NCBI RefSeq assembly: GCF_000143415.4
Contig: NW_003314277.1
Location: 445,183 to 509,182, forward strand
DNA length: 64,000 nucleotides
Reading direction: 5' to 3'
Source of the DNA: Selaginella moellendorffii
Lineage: Eukaryota > Plantae > Lycopodiophyta
Under the pieces are notes generated by a model. The model saw only the letters and a program-made list of their open reading frames with translations, ran no database searches and was not told the origin of the DNA. Below, in pieces: positions 10,290-22,590 of this stretch (position 1 is the first letter of the stretch; every line of letters starts with the position of its first letter). The position numbers were made by a program, and so were the translations under genes.

Positions 10290-11875
10290 ATACATGCATG
10301 TGTACGACCATTGCCATAAAGAATAAAAATTAACTTCACCGCACGACATAAGTGTAGACAGCAATGTGTGGCAACAAGTCGAGCAATAAAAGATAAACTT
10401 AAACTTGTATCAACCAATACAGAGAAAATAATAGGAAACCTTTTGTTATAAAAATGAGCTTGGAAAGAAACACTTGATGAACTGGTGCTGAGTGAACCCC
10501 TTGATGATACTCCCGAAAGAAAGATGAAGGGGTCCCTAATTTATTCATGTAAAGTCCCTCTGTTACTCACATGACTCCTCGTTTCCCAGATACATCTTAG
10601 TGTCCAGACTTTCCACTACAACAACACCAACAAAACGTTATTGATACCAAGGTCTCCACCTAGGAAATGGAAGTTGCCAATTTGGAAAATGCCGACAACG
10701 CTGATAAATGTAATCAACTTCATTACACGCCTAGCAGCGAATATCATGGCCACAACCACGTCCTCGCCCTTGTCCTTGAACTCGAGCAATAGCAGCATCA
10801 ACCTCTATTGGAATAGAACCATCGCCCATAAGAAGTGGAGTTGAAAGAAGTGCAGCGAAAAGTGGAAAATGCAACGTCTTATAATGTTGTGCCAAGCGAA
10901 AAGCATCGTCAAAGGTGGCTAGAGCAAGTGTATGCACAAGTTTAACAAGATCTTGACAAAGTGTTGACCACAACATTCCTAGCTTAATCTACTTTGACAT
11001 ATTTGGCTCTGCATGAAACAAGAAGCTTCAGAAACAAATGCCAAATTGCATCACTGACTCAGATGGCCCTTGACGAAGACAATGCGACTATTGGAAGGCA
11101 TCATCACAATCATCAACATATCCGAATGCAAGTTTAAAGACATCCGGGAGAACACTCCAATCCCCACGAGTGGCTACATTCAAACCATTGTACCACTGCA
11201 ACACCATCTTTTGGAGATACATGGGAAATTCATGCAAATGCCAAGTATCATCTCAAGAATGATATATAATAATCACCATGAAGTGATAGAACCAATGGTA
11301 TACATCATCCCTAGGATTCCCATTAGGGAATTTCAACTAAATATGAGGATTGGCACCAAGAGTAGGAGGAGATGTACCATGTGTCATGAATACCACTATC
11401 AATTGAGTTTGGTTGTTCAATTGTAATCGCATCCAAAGTAAAAGGAGGAGGAGACTATTGCTTTGCCATGAAGATGAATGAAAATGAAAGAGCAAAAAAA
11501 GATAAATGAAAAAAAGCTAAAGGGAAAGGGAGATTTAAACAATACAAAAGCTAAATCTAAACTAAAATCCTAAAAATAAAAAAAAACAAAAGAAAGAAAA
11601 TGGAAAATGCTAAATTTAGATAATGCAAAAGTTAGATCTAAACCAAAATTCAAAATCCAAGTAGTCCTTAAGGACAATCAAAAGTGCCCTTCATTTCCAT
11701 TAATGTGAGTGTATGGAATATAAAAAGGGAATGCAAAAAATGTGCATATCAATTAGCTCAAAAACCCTCATATACAGAAGCAAGTGGTCCAGATTGAAAT
11801 TAATTTGATGGTCACCAAAATCCCATTATGCTAATATTAGTATACGGCATTATAGCTATACACTTGAACCTCACA
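10290..11875 (-). mobile_element. Truncated second copy of the Ty3/gypsy family (5' LTR 11704-11875, PBS, gag-protease remnant)
   Basis: Colinear with 22592-24203; gag remnant LCQDLVKLVHTLALATFDDAFRLA; TG...CA LTR; PBS reverse complement GTGCCCTTCATTTCCATTA. Confidence 0.85.
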
Positions 11876-12255
11876 CATCAAATAAAAAAGGGTTTAAACC
11901 CTAATTAATATATCTATTGAGCATTCACAAAACAAAAAGTTTATTTAATTTTTAATGTAATTTTCAACTTATTAAATATAAATTTTATTTTTTAAAAATT
12001 TATATTATCTAGATGTTTCATTAATATTTAATCTTATAAAGTTTTGTTATATATTTTTTATTATTCTTGTAAAGTAATTTGATTTAAAACAAAATATATA
12101 TATATAATTAATAATAGTACTTTTCTTTAGAATTCATTTCCATATTTTTTATTTTTAAATAATATTATTATTTAAAAATATTTTGAAATTCTATAATGCA
12201 CTCCTTTATAAAAATTGCTTTTAGGGAATCTAATTATTTAGGGTTCCTTGCGAGA

Positions 12256-13402
12256 ATGGCAGAGGGAGGATCCCACTGCACCAATGACGCTGCTGTGGAT
12301 TACTACGGCAAGAACATCGCGACGTGCTCGTCGGATGGAACGATCCAAGTCCGATCCATCGACAATCCCTCTGATCCCGGTGTGATTCTCACGGGGCACC
12401 AGCTCCCGGTATGGCAGGTTGCATGGGCACACCCTCGATTCGGCTCCATTCTCGCCTCCTGCTCCTTCGATCGCCGCGTGATCGTGTGGAAGGATTCCGG
12501 GAGGAATGGGCAGTGGTCGCAAATCCAGGTGTTTGAGGAGCACCAAGGGAGTGTGAATTCCATCGATTGGGCGCCTCACGAACTGGGCTTGATCCTCGCT
12601 TGCGGCTCGTCCGACTCGAGCATCTCGATCTTCACGGCCAAGCAAGGCAACGCGTCGGCTGCATGGGACAAGACGAAGATCGGCTCAGCTGTGAGTCCTT
12701 TCTTTAGATCTTAGTTTAGTTTTTCTTTGCTTGCATCACGTTGCTCTCTTTATTGTCATTGCATTGTTTTTGTTTGATCTTCTTGCTCTCTGTTCAAGTG
12801 TTCTTTATCTTTGTCAGCCGATTGATTGATTTCCTTGCTCTCCAAGCTACTGTAGAAAGTCGTTCCACAATTTAAAGCTTTCACGAGCTCTAACCATTCT
12901 TCTTTTTTTTTTTTTTTTGTCTTAGCACGAAGGTGGCGTCACTGCTGTTTCATGGGCTCCAGCACTGGCCCCAGGCGCTCTCGTCTCGTCGCAACCAGCG
13001 TCACACAACACCTATGTTTTCAAGCTCGTCTCTTGCGGCTGTGACAACACTGTCAAAGTCTGGAGGTTTAGCGATGGAAGCTGGAAGATGGACTGCTTCC
13101 CGCCGCTGTCCAAGCACAGCGACTGGGTGAGAGACGTTGCATGGGCACCAAACATTGGGCTCCCGAGAACTACCATGGCCAGCGCTTCGCAGGATGGGAC
13201 GGTGATCATTTGGACCCAGGATCACTCGGAAGCTGGCAGCGATCAGTGGCAGGGGCGACTGCTCAACGATTTCAAGGTCCCGGTTTGGAGAGTTCGGTGG
13301 TCATCCGCTGGGAACGTTCTTGCCGTGACGGATGGAAGCAATGCCGTCAGCCTCTGGAAGGAAGTCGTGGATGGGAAATGGTCGCAAGTTACGGCTCTTT
13401 AG
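12256..13402 (+). CDS. SEC13: Protein transport protein SEC13 homologue (WD40)
   Basis: Exon 1 12256-12690 (DYYGKNIATCSSD, GHQLPVWQVAWAHPRFGSILASCS), intron 12691-12925, exon 2 (HEGGVTAVSWAP...HSDWVRDVAWAPNIGLP...LWKEVVDGKW). Confidence 0.93.
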
Positions 13403-13914
13403 ACAGTCAACATCACGAGGATTTTCCCTTCTTGCTTGGCGGCTTTGGATCGTGATCCAATTGAGGTAAGGTTCTCTTTGTTTTCTTTTTGTTACAAGTT
13501 TCGTGAAGAAATGATATTTCCAGCGATGTTGCACTGCTTACTTACATCTTTGGATCGCAGATGTTATCTCCTTCCTGGAATTGTTTCCTTTTAAATAAGA
13601 TCCAGGTTTACTTTTTTATCTTTTCCTTTCCTTGTTTTTTCTTTTTGGTTTTGTTTACAGACGGATATCAGTACTTGTTGTGAAGAGTTCCGTAATGAAT
13701 GGAACGAAATGCCGCCAGTTTGTAGAAGAAAGTCGTAGATGGTGGCAATTTACAGGTCTCTAAACGAATAGTGGATACACGAACACGCCAGGTAATGGTT
13801 CTTATCAAGCTCATGCTTGACTTGGTGTGCGACATTGGTGTTTCTACTTAAGTGAGAGTCTCGAGTTTCACCTTTGATTGTCTCGTGTAGATCAGCTCTG
13901 CTCGTTCAAAGAGA

Positions 13915-15708
13915 ATGGGACTTTTCACTTTCTCTAGCATGCTCACTCTCTCGATTGTTTTCTTTGCAGATGTTCTTGCGCTACCTCCGCCAGCAGTAAC
14001 TTGCAGATCTGGAAACTCAAACTGCACGATCTCTGGAACTTACGGGACATGGCCCGATCGATCCACTTGCAAGGCTGCTCAAGTTTTCTATCCGGCGAGC
14101 GAGCAGCAGATCGTCGACGCCGTAGCATTTGGAGTCCGAAACAACATGAAGATGAAAGTCGTGACGAGGCTGTCGCACAGCATACCGAAGCTCGTGTGTC
14201 CCGGAGGCGATCAAGGACTCGTGATCAGCACGAAGAACTACAGCAGCGGCATTGTCATCGACAGGGAAGCCATGACGGTCACGGTTGACAGTGGTGTGGA
14301 GCTTCGCAACTTTGTGGACACCCTCGCAAGTTCCCAGCTCGCTTTTCCACAATCTTCATACTGGAGCGGCGTCACGATCGGTGGCCTCCTCAGCACCGGT
14401 GCTCACGGAAGTTCTCTTCGAGATCTGGGAAGTGCTGTTCACGAGTACGTGACGAGCATCAGGCTCGTGGTTCCGGCATCGCCAGCAGAGGGATACGCGA
14501 AAGTTTTAACTTTCACCCAAGCTAGCGAAGATCTGGACGCGGTCAAGGTTTCTCTCGGAGTTCTGGGCGTGCTGTCCAAGATCACACTCAAGGTGGAGCC
14601 GATGTTTAAGAGGTCCGTGACCAACACCATGAGGTCGGACAGCGATCTGGAGGATCAAGTCGCCACTTTTGCAAATGGTAACGATTATGGTGACATAACT
14701 TGGTATCCTTCCATGAACCAGGCGGTCTACCGGATCGATCAACGGGTTCCAAGCATTGTTCCCGGAAATGGAGTGAACGATTTCATCGGCTTCCAGCCGA
14801 CAGCAGTGTTAATCTCTCAAGCTACGAGAACTACAGGTAATTTGTTGTTCTTTATAGCTCTTTTGACTTTGTCTTTGTTTGCTGCGATAGAAAGAGTTTT
14901 TGAGTTCACGAGAGACACGCAAGGTACGTGTAACAGAGCTCGGCTACAGGCATTCACGCTCTGGACGACTGGCTACGGGCTCAAGAACAACGGCGTTCTC
15001 TTCACTGGTTATCCGCTGATTGGAAACCAGAACAGGATACAAACCTCAGGAACTTGCTACAACTCTTCCAGCTCGCTCTTCACTTGCCCATGGGATCCCA
15101 GCATCGATGGCTTGTTCTTCCACCAGACAACCATCTCGATCGCCCTCGAAAGATCCAGGGACTTCATACTCGACGTGAAGAGGCTGAGAAACGCGACTTC
15201 GAACGGTCTGTGCGGTCCCGACGGCTACAGTGGATTTCTAATGCGCTACGTGAAGAAATCCAGCGCTTACTTGGGAAAGCCCGAGGATTCCGTGGACATC
15301 GACGTCACTTACTATCGAGCGGATGACGCAAACACTCCGAGGCTCAACGAAGACGTCCTCGAAGAGCTCGAGCAAATGGCCGTTTTCAAGTACCAGGGAA
15401 CTCCACACTGGGGGAAGAACCGCAACGTTGCCTTCGTCAACGCTTCCAGAAAGTATCCAAACCTTCCAAAGTTTTTGGATGCGAAGAAGAGGCTGGATCC
15501 CAATGCCTTGTTCTCGAGCGAGTGGTCGGATCTGGTTCTCGGAGTGACGACCGCTGGATTGACCAGCGACAAGGATCACTGCGCTCTAGAGGGTCTTTGC
15601 ATTTGCTCCAGCGATCGACATTGTGCTCCGGAGAGGGGCTACTTTTGCCGGCCAGGACGAGTGTTCCAGCAAGCCAGAGTGTGTCGCTTCGAAGAACGTC
15701 TTGTTTAA
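13915..15708 (+). CDS. GULLO: Plant L-gulonolactone oxidase-like FAD-dependent oxidoreductase
   Basis: SHSIPKLVCP, TIGGLLSTGAHGS, PHWGKNRN, and Cys-rich C-terminus CALEGLCICSSDRHC. A probable 54-nt in-frame intron lies at 14837-14890. Exact start uncertain. Confidence 0.9.
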   Translation: MGLFTFSSMLTLSIVFFADVLALPPPAVTCRSGNSNCTISGTYGTWPDRSTCKAAQVFYPASEQQIVDAVAFGVRNNMKMKVVTRLSHSIPKLVCPGGDQGLVISTKNYSSGIVIDREAMTVTVDSGVELRNFVDTLASSQLAFPQSSYWSGVTIGGLLSTGAHGSSLRDLGSAVHEYVTSIRLVVPASPAEGYAKVLTFTQASEDLDAVKVSLGVLGVLSKITLKVEPMFKRSVTNTMRSDSDLEDQVATFANGNDYGDITWYPSMNQAVYRIDQRVPSIVPGNGVNDFIGFQPTAVLISQATRTTGNLLFFIALLTLSLFAAIERVFEFTRDTQGTCNRARLQAFTLWTTGYGLKNNGVLFTGYPLIGNQNRIQTSGTCYNSSSSLFTCPWDPSIDGLFFHQTTISIALERSRDFILDVKRLRNATSNGLCGPDGYSGFLMRYVKKSSAYLGKPEDSVDIDVTYYRADDANTPRLNEDVLEELEQMAVFKYQGTPHWGKNRNVAFVNASRKYPNLPKFLDAKKRLDPNALFSSEWSDLVLGVTTAGLTSDKDHCALEGLCICSSDRHCAPERGYFCRPGRVFQQARVCRFEERLV

Positions 15709-15749
15709 GAAAAAGTAATAAAAAAATGAACGATTCCCTAGATCGGTTT

Positions 15750-16260
15750 GCAAGTTTCTGGGACGGAAAAATGTCTGCGCTTGCATAAGATGGCTTTGTG
15801 GTACTTCGACTCCTTTGATGCTTGCTAAATTTTCGTCTTGGTGCTCATAGTTATGGGTGTCCTGAATTTGCTCGATCACCACTGAGCCTAGCAGCATCGC
15901 TCGAGTGATTGATTGCTGGACTGCTGTCCCTATGTCCCGGGATACTGGGTGGTGAAGCCAGATCATGATCAAGGTCTTGCATTTTCTTGTGACTGAGACT
16001 TTGGAGCTGGCAGAGAATGTCCAACAAGTGCATAGTTTTCTTTTTCGAACAAGGAGAAGTTACGTTGAGTTCCACGACTTCTGGATTTTTTTCCTCGCTG
16101 TCTGCAGGGTCTTTCTCATTTTATTCTCCCTCGTTTTTCCTCTTATAGTTTGGGATTTAAAGGCAAAGAAACAAGCTACTAATCTAGTGCTGTAGAAGCA
16201 CCAATGCTCTTGAATTTAGCATGAATAGTTTGGTCACAAGGAGGAGGCTGATTTGAATTT
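15750..16260 (+). pseudogene. Decayed fragment of the Lung-7TM gene
   Basis: Matches 5100-5680 in pieces (AGATGGCTTTGTGGTACTTCGAC, GAGACTTTGGAGCTGGCAGAGAA, AGGCAAAGAAACAAG) with deletions. Confidence 0.8.
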
Positions 16261-19135
16261 GTTAAATCTGTGCATGACTTTAAAGGTGTAGCACCTTGGA
16301 TTAATCTTGTGTTTATAAACTATAAACTTATAATTTATAAACATAGATGGCTATATAAAATACTTATGGTGGTAGCAATGGTAATGTAATATCATGTTAG
16401 TCACTTTTCTTTTTCTCTAACATCAATTTTTTTTCACAAGAACAAGAATACACTTTGAAAACTCTAATGTTTCTGGATGGTGTTGAGGGAAGATAAATAA
16501 GCATCCATAAATACATCTTTAGTTTTATAGGGCATCCAAATGAATAACATAGAATAATTAATTTATAGAATGGAAAGATTCGTAAATTTAATATGGAAAT
16601 AGAGGGAAGATAAATAAAGTGATTTGTGAAAGGTATATCTTTATAAAGTATTTATTTATAAAATTATTTTAATATTGTAAATGCTTGGAATATGGAAAAG
16701 GAATACAGAAAATGTGCATATGAATTAACTCATATAAGAGCGAGTGGTCCGGATTGAAACCAATCCAATAGCTACCAAAATCCCATTACACTAATATTAG
16801 TATACGGCATTGTAGCCATACATTTGGCACTCACATCATTCCCTCATCTTGAAATAATAGAAGACCATTAGGGTTCTTTTGTAGATGGGCCGGGATCTGG
16901 AGGAACATCAGGAGGAGCTATTGGCAGATCTGTAGGTGGTATTAACTACTTCTGATCCCTTTGTATAAAGCATTTTAACTGTTGCATATGCACAAACTTT
17001 GGAGGATTGGTTTGCTAGACGTCATGCTAAACCTCATAAACTTGTGGTCCAACTTGCTACAATACCTGACACGGTCCTTTCCACTAAGCAAGGAACCCTT
17101 TAAATAAACCACATACCATAAGATGGGGAAAACGGACTAACATCAAATCATTCACTTTGTACTCCGCAGGTGGATGATAATGGGAGTTGTAGTGCCGTTG
17201 TTGTCCCACTTGTACACGGCCTAAGTGTTCGGCAGACCTTGCTCGAACAAGTGGAAGAATGCTTGTCAAATATTGATCCTATGACCTAGCATCGATAACT
17301 TGTGGCAATCGCAAAGGTAAACCCAGCTCCGTTGATAATATTAGATCATGACCATAAAAGAGTTTATATGGTGAAACACCAACAGAACTCTACACCCCTG
17401 TGACATATGCATACCAAAGAGATAGCAAATAACCATCCCAATCTGAATGCTGAAAGTTCACATACTTCGCGATCATCCCTTTGAATGTCTGAACGAGCCA
17501 TTTCACCAGACAATTTGATTGTGGATGATAAGCACTCATGAAAGTGTGGCGTATTCCCAACCTAGACGTCAAAACATGAAATGCCTCAGCTATAAATGTA
17601 GGACCATTATCCAAAAGAATCCATTCTGGACAAAAATGCTGGAACACCATTCGATTAAAGAGGAAGTATCTAATAACAGTGCAGATGCACTAGCAAGAGC
17701 ACTAACTTCCACCCAATGAGTCAAGTAGTCAAAAATAATAATAACATACTCATTGCCAACAGTCGATCGTGGAAAAGGTCCCATAAAATCAAATGCCACC
17801 AACTCAAACGGATGGGAAACTGCAATTGACTCCAACCGTTCTTCCACGGCATGAAGGGGAATATTATAAGTTTGGCACCAAACGCAGCTATGCACATACT
17901 AGATAATATCACATTGCATCTCCAACTAATAAAAAGACCTGCGCAACTTCTCAGTTGCACGACGATGTCCCATATACCCATCTAGAACAGGAGAATCATA
18001 GTAGACATAGAGAAACCGCAAAATAAACACAGAAGGCACCACCAGCCATAAATAATCATCAGGATCCATCCCCACAAAATAAAGAAGGCCATTTTCAAGG
18101 CGATATTGAGAATGTAAATGCCGGAAAGGCAAGTCGTCAGTAAATGATGCAGAATTCTCAAACCCATCGCGAAGCCTTCGAATCCACGGCTCAATCTTTT
18201 GAGCCTCACAAACCTCATCAAAAGAAGGTAAATCTTGTTCTACGCCTTGTGGACATTAAACGTCAAGTACAATAACGCCGACGGCACAAAATCCTTGTTT
18301 AGAAAATCCATAGATGCTGGAACAATAGACTCATTAAAAACATGAGAAGAGAGTGGAGAAGGAAGAGGAGCTTGAGAAAGGGCATCAGCATCAGCCATAG
18401 AACTCCCTAGGCGATGAATAACATCAAAATCATATATTTGAAGCTTCAAAGCCCACCGAATAATACAACCAACTAGGTTCTTCCGCTTTAATAATAAAGT
18501 AACGATAGCATGGTCACATTCAAGTAATGTCCAAGAACCATGTAGATATGCATGAAGTTTCTCGAAACCCTAAACTGTTACTAAACACTCATTCTCTATT
18601 GTGGAGTAGTTCATCTTTGCTGGTTGTAATGTACGGTTTATATATGTAATAGGATGGTGCTGACCAGGCACACTCGAGCTCTTTTGCATCAACACACCTC
18701 CAAAACTAATGATAGAAGCATCCACGCACAAAATAAAAGGTGGAGTGTAATTAGGATATGCCACAACCAGAGGAATTGTCAATAGCTCTTTGAAATCCAT
18801 GAACGCCCACTCACAATTTGGAGACCAAATGAAAGATGATGTTGATGACTTCAACAACGTTTGTAACAGTGTAGTGCAATAAAAAAGATGATCCACAAAA
18901 CAACCGAAATACTGCACCTTGCCCAGGAAGCACTGCACATCATTCACACACTTCAGAGTAGGGAACTTTAGAACAACCATAAATTTGTCAAGATCAACTT
19001 GCAAACCCTCACGAGAAATATGGTACCCAAGATAAGTCATGTCTTTGGACCCAAACACACACTTCGACCGCTTCAGCTTTAAACCAACATCCCGTAGCTG
19101 ATCTAACACTTTACAAATATCATGAATGTGCTCCT

Positions 19136-20956
19136 TGTAAGCGACTAATTTTTCCATTCTACTTTAGTCACTTAACCACACCTCCGACCACTTGGAGGAG
19201 TCTCATTCACAACCTCCATAAGTCCAACTCAGGACTTGGGGCTTGCTAGCCCCGAGAATGGCATCCATGCCACTCAACCTTAGCACTTGGTCCAAGTGCT
19301 CCACGTGTCCGATCCCATGATCGACACCCCAAGGTACCACTAACGTATCGGCCCGTTACGCTAAGGCCATGCCCAATTACCTTGGTCACACTGGTGGTCC
19401 AACACCACTTGCATTCCAATCCTGTCTCTCAAAGACTGGGTCATCCGTCCATGAGGGATCATCCCAGATCCACTCCTTAACATCCTTAGGATGCCTACAG
19501 ACATGGGGAATAGCCTTCCCCAATATCTCTGTTCCGGTCCCCACCAAGTCCCTTTTTTGTCCTTGGCTGTGTTCGCCAACACTGCCACTGGATCAAGGCC
19601 CACCGGCCCGACCACTAAGTCCCACTATCCTCGAGGACCTCCTCACTGTGTGACTGTGTCCTTGGTCACCCCACCAGAGGGCTACCCCTCTTCCTTTCCA
19701 CAGTCTGGGACTTTGGGACACCATTTCGGAACACCGTGGCCTTACGCGAGCCACCTGGGTACTCTCCCCACCTTTCGCCTTTAGGTGCTCTAGCCATGGG
19801 CTTAGAGCGAGGTTCCGTTGAGCCATGCCTGGTATCCAAGTAGGTAGTGCCACCCACACTTGGACTGGGAGCATCGGCCAGTCGATCTCCCGGGGGAACT
19901 AGAGCCGGCTCTTGAACACTTCACCAAGCTACCCCGCTTGTCGGTCCGTGTTCACTCTAGTTTTGGACTTCCCAGTGGGCAGCTCAACACCCAACACTGG
20001 GTCCGGCCTTCCTGGGCCAAACTGGCCTTTCCTGGCCAAACTGGCTCCACTGCAGTCCTCCCCCTACTATACTTTTGGAGCTCACCAAACCCCCCAGGGT
20101 CTGGGAGACGAACGCTTTGGGCTTTCACCCTCTCAGGCTTCGGACTCGGACTCGGACTCGGACTCGGACTCGGACTCGGATTCGGACTCGGACTCGGTCT
20201 CAGTCCTGATCTCGGTCTCGGTCCCGGTCTCGGTCTTGGTCCCGGTCTCGACTTCGGACTCCATCTCGGGTCCATCTCGGACTCCACCTCGGACTCCATC
20301 TCGGGTCCTTCTCGGACTCCATCTCGGACTCCATCTCGGACTCCATCTCGGGTCCATCTCGGACTCCATCTCGGACTCCATCTCGGGTCCATCTCGAACT
20401 CCACCTCGGACTCCATCTCGTGTCCTTCTCGGACTCCATCTCGGACTCCATCTCGGACTCCATCTCGGGTCCATCTCGGGTCCATCTCGGGTCCATCTCG
20501 GACTCCATCTCGGACTCCATCTCGGGTCCATCTCGGACTCCATCTCGGGTCCTTCTCGGACTCCATCTCGGACTCCATCTCAGACTCCATCTCAGGTCCA
20601 TCTCGGGTCCATCTCGGACTCCATCTCGGACTCCACTTCGGACTCCATATCGGACTCCATATCGGACTCCATTTCGGGTCCATCTCGGACTCCATCTCGG
20701 GTCCGCCTCGGACTCCATCTCGGACACTTCCACGTGTCATGTGTTGGTCCTTTCGGGTCCGTTTTTGGAGCCTCGCTTATTGCTCGCTTCGTGCTCATTC
20801 CTCGAGCACTTCGTTAGGGGTTCCACTCCCGCTCTCGACCTTTCAAGGCGGAGCTTTTAGTCCAAACGTGTTACGCTCGTTTGGCTTTCGCTTCGGCCAC
20901 TACCACGTGGCGCCCCTCCGGCTCCACTTTGGGGCCTAGGGATTTTGTGTCTCACA
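19136..20956. mobile_element. 1.8-kb solo LTR inserted in the gypsy RT domain
   Basis: Starts TGTAAG, ends CTCACA, with perfect 5-bp TSD CTCCT (19131-19135 / 20957-20961). RT sequence resumes on both sides. Confidence 0.85.
20138..20726. repeat. Minisatellite of 6-bp (CTCGGA), 12-bp (CTCGGACTCCAT) and 11-bp (CTCGGGTCCAT) units inside the solo LTR
   Basis: Directly visible tandem units. Confidence 0.95.
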
Positions 20957-21928
20957 CTCCTCCTACATCCCATCTAAGTGAATCAAGACATCATTAATAA
21001 GTCAGTAGTCACCTCTGGCATATCGCAAAGAACCTCATCCATCATCCGCTAGAAAGTTATTAGAGCACTGTTCAAACTAAATGGCATCACCAAGAACTCG
21101 TACAAACCAAATGGTGTACAAAAAGCAGTCTTAGGAATATCTTCTTTGGTCATCGATACTTGCCAGTACTCAAAAGCAAGATCTAGCTTGGTGAACCAAT
21201 GACTTCGCCCTAGATGATCCAAGAGATTAGCAATGTGAGAAAGAGTGTACACATCCGGGATTTTCACTTCATTTAACAAATGATAGTTGATGTAGAAACG
21301 AATACTCCCATCAGGCTTCGTCACAAAATGAGGTTCACATGCCCAAGGACTCCACGACTTCCGAATAACACCGTTCTCCAACATCTCCTTAATGTTTGCA
21401 CATCAAATCTTGATCTCTTTGGGTGATTGACGACAAACAGGAACCTTGATTGGACGTGCATCCTCAGTTAGAATAGGGTGACGTGTGGCAATCTTGGCCT
21501 CAGATGATAGGTCAAATTCAAAGAGATTAGAATACTCCTTCATGAGCTAGTCAACCACTGCAACACAAAGATTGTCGGAGGGATTGGAAAAGGGAAGAGC
21601 AGAGCAAGATGGAAACATAGGAGGAAGGAGTGGGGGGACAAAAGTAATGGAAGCAGAGGTAGAAGTAAAGGGATGAAGAGGTACTGAAATGAGAGGAATG
21701 GATGAAATATAAGGTAAGATGAGACAAGGGGGAGAAGCCTCAAAGTCACATTTAGCATGATTGCGCTGCAACCAATCCATACCAAGGATGAGGTCAAAAG
21801 CTTGACTCGGCACCACCCGCAATGACTAACCCAAGCTCAAGATCGCCCATCATCTTGACTTGGCACCACCCGCAATGATTGCAACCCAAGCTCGAGATCG
21901 CCCACACGCACAACAAAGTCTGCCTCAT

Positions 21929-22590
21929 TGTAAGCTCTTGAGTTTTGGACTTCCCGGGAGGTCCCCCAGCCTAGTACTATTCACACCCAAAGACATTTAA
22001 CCCTAAATATCCCAAGACCCTTAACCAATTGGAAAAGGGGGTGCACTTTTGAGCCACAACTCTCTTGAAAGCCCTGCTCTCTTGACACTTTACCCCTTAG
22101 GTCGACCTTTAACCAATTGAAAAAGGGGGTGCACTCTTGAGCCGCAACTCTCCTGAAAGTCTTGCTCTTTTGACACCTTACCCCTTGGGTCAAGCCCAGG
22201 CAGGAGCAAATTGGACCTTCTAAATGTCAATAAACATGTGGTGTGATTTTCTTAGCCAACTAATAAAATCAGACCCGAGATCAACATGTGGTATGATTTT
22301 CTTAGCCAACTAACAAAATCAGACCCGAGATCAACATGTGGTGTGATTTTCTTAGCCAACTAACAAAATCAAACCCGAGATCTCTTTGATACCAAATGTA
22401 AGCTCTTGAGTTTTGGACTTCCCAGGAGGTCACCCAACTTAGTACTATTCAAACCCAAGGACACTTAACCCCAAATATCCCAAGACCCTTAACCAATTGA
22501 AAAAAGGGGTGCACTCTTGTTCATAAGCCCTTTCCCTCTATATTTAAACCTCATGAATCATCTCTCGAGTCGTTCCCTTTGGTTGTTTAC
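21929..22590 (-). mobile_element. Cassandra-like TRIM with 5S-rRNA-derived LTRs, inserted in the gypsy protease
   Basis: Minus strand of LTR 22397-22590 reads GGTTAAGTGTCCTTGGGTTTGAATAGTACTAAGTTGGGTGACCTCCTGGGAAGTCC, matching the A box/IE/C box core of plant 5S rRNA. It is followed by TTACA and tRNA-iMet PBS TGGTATCAAAG. Non-coding internal part with 3x50-bp repeats; second LTR 21929-22087 preceded by PPT AAGGGGTAAAG. Confidence 0.85.

Noticed and set aside
20138-20726. CRISPR-like array
   Set aside because: No unique spacers, eukaryotic context and no cas genes. The same applies to the 50-bp repeats at 22233-22382.
19860-20939. Long ORFs on both strands (SDSDS, GLHLG, RWSP repeats)
   Set aside because: Produced by a stop-free minisatellite within a TSD-flanked solo LTR; no domain content.
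22410-22470. 5S rRNA gene
   Set aside because: Only the internal ~55 nt match, embedded in an LTR; the 5' and 3' ends of 5S are absent.
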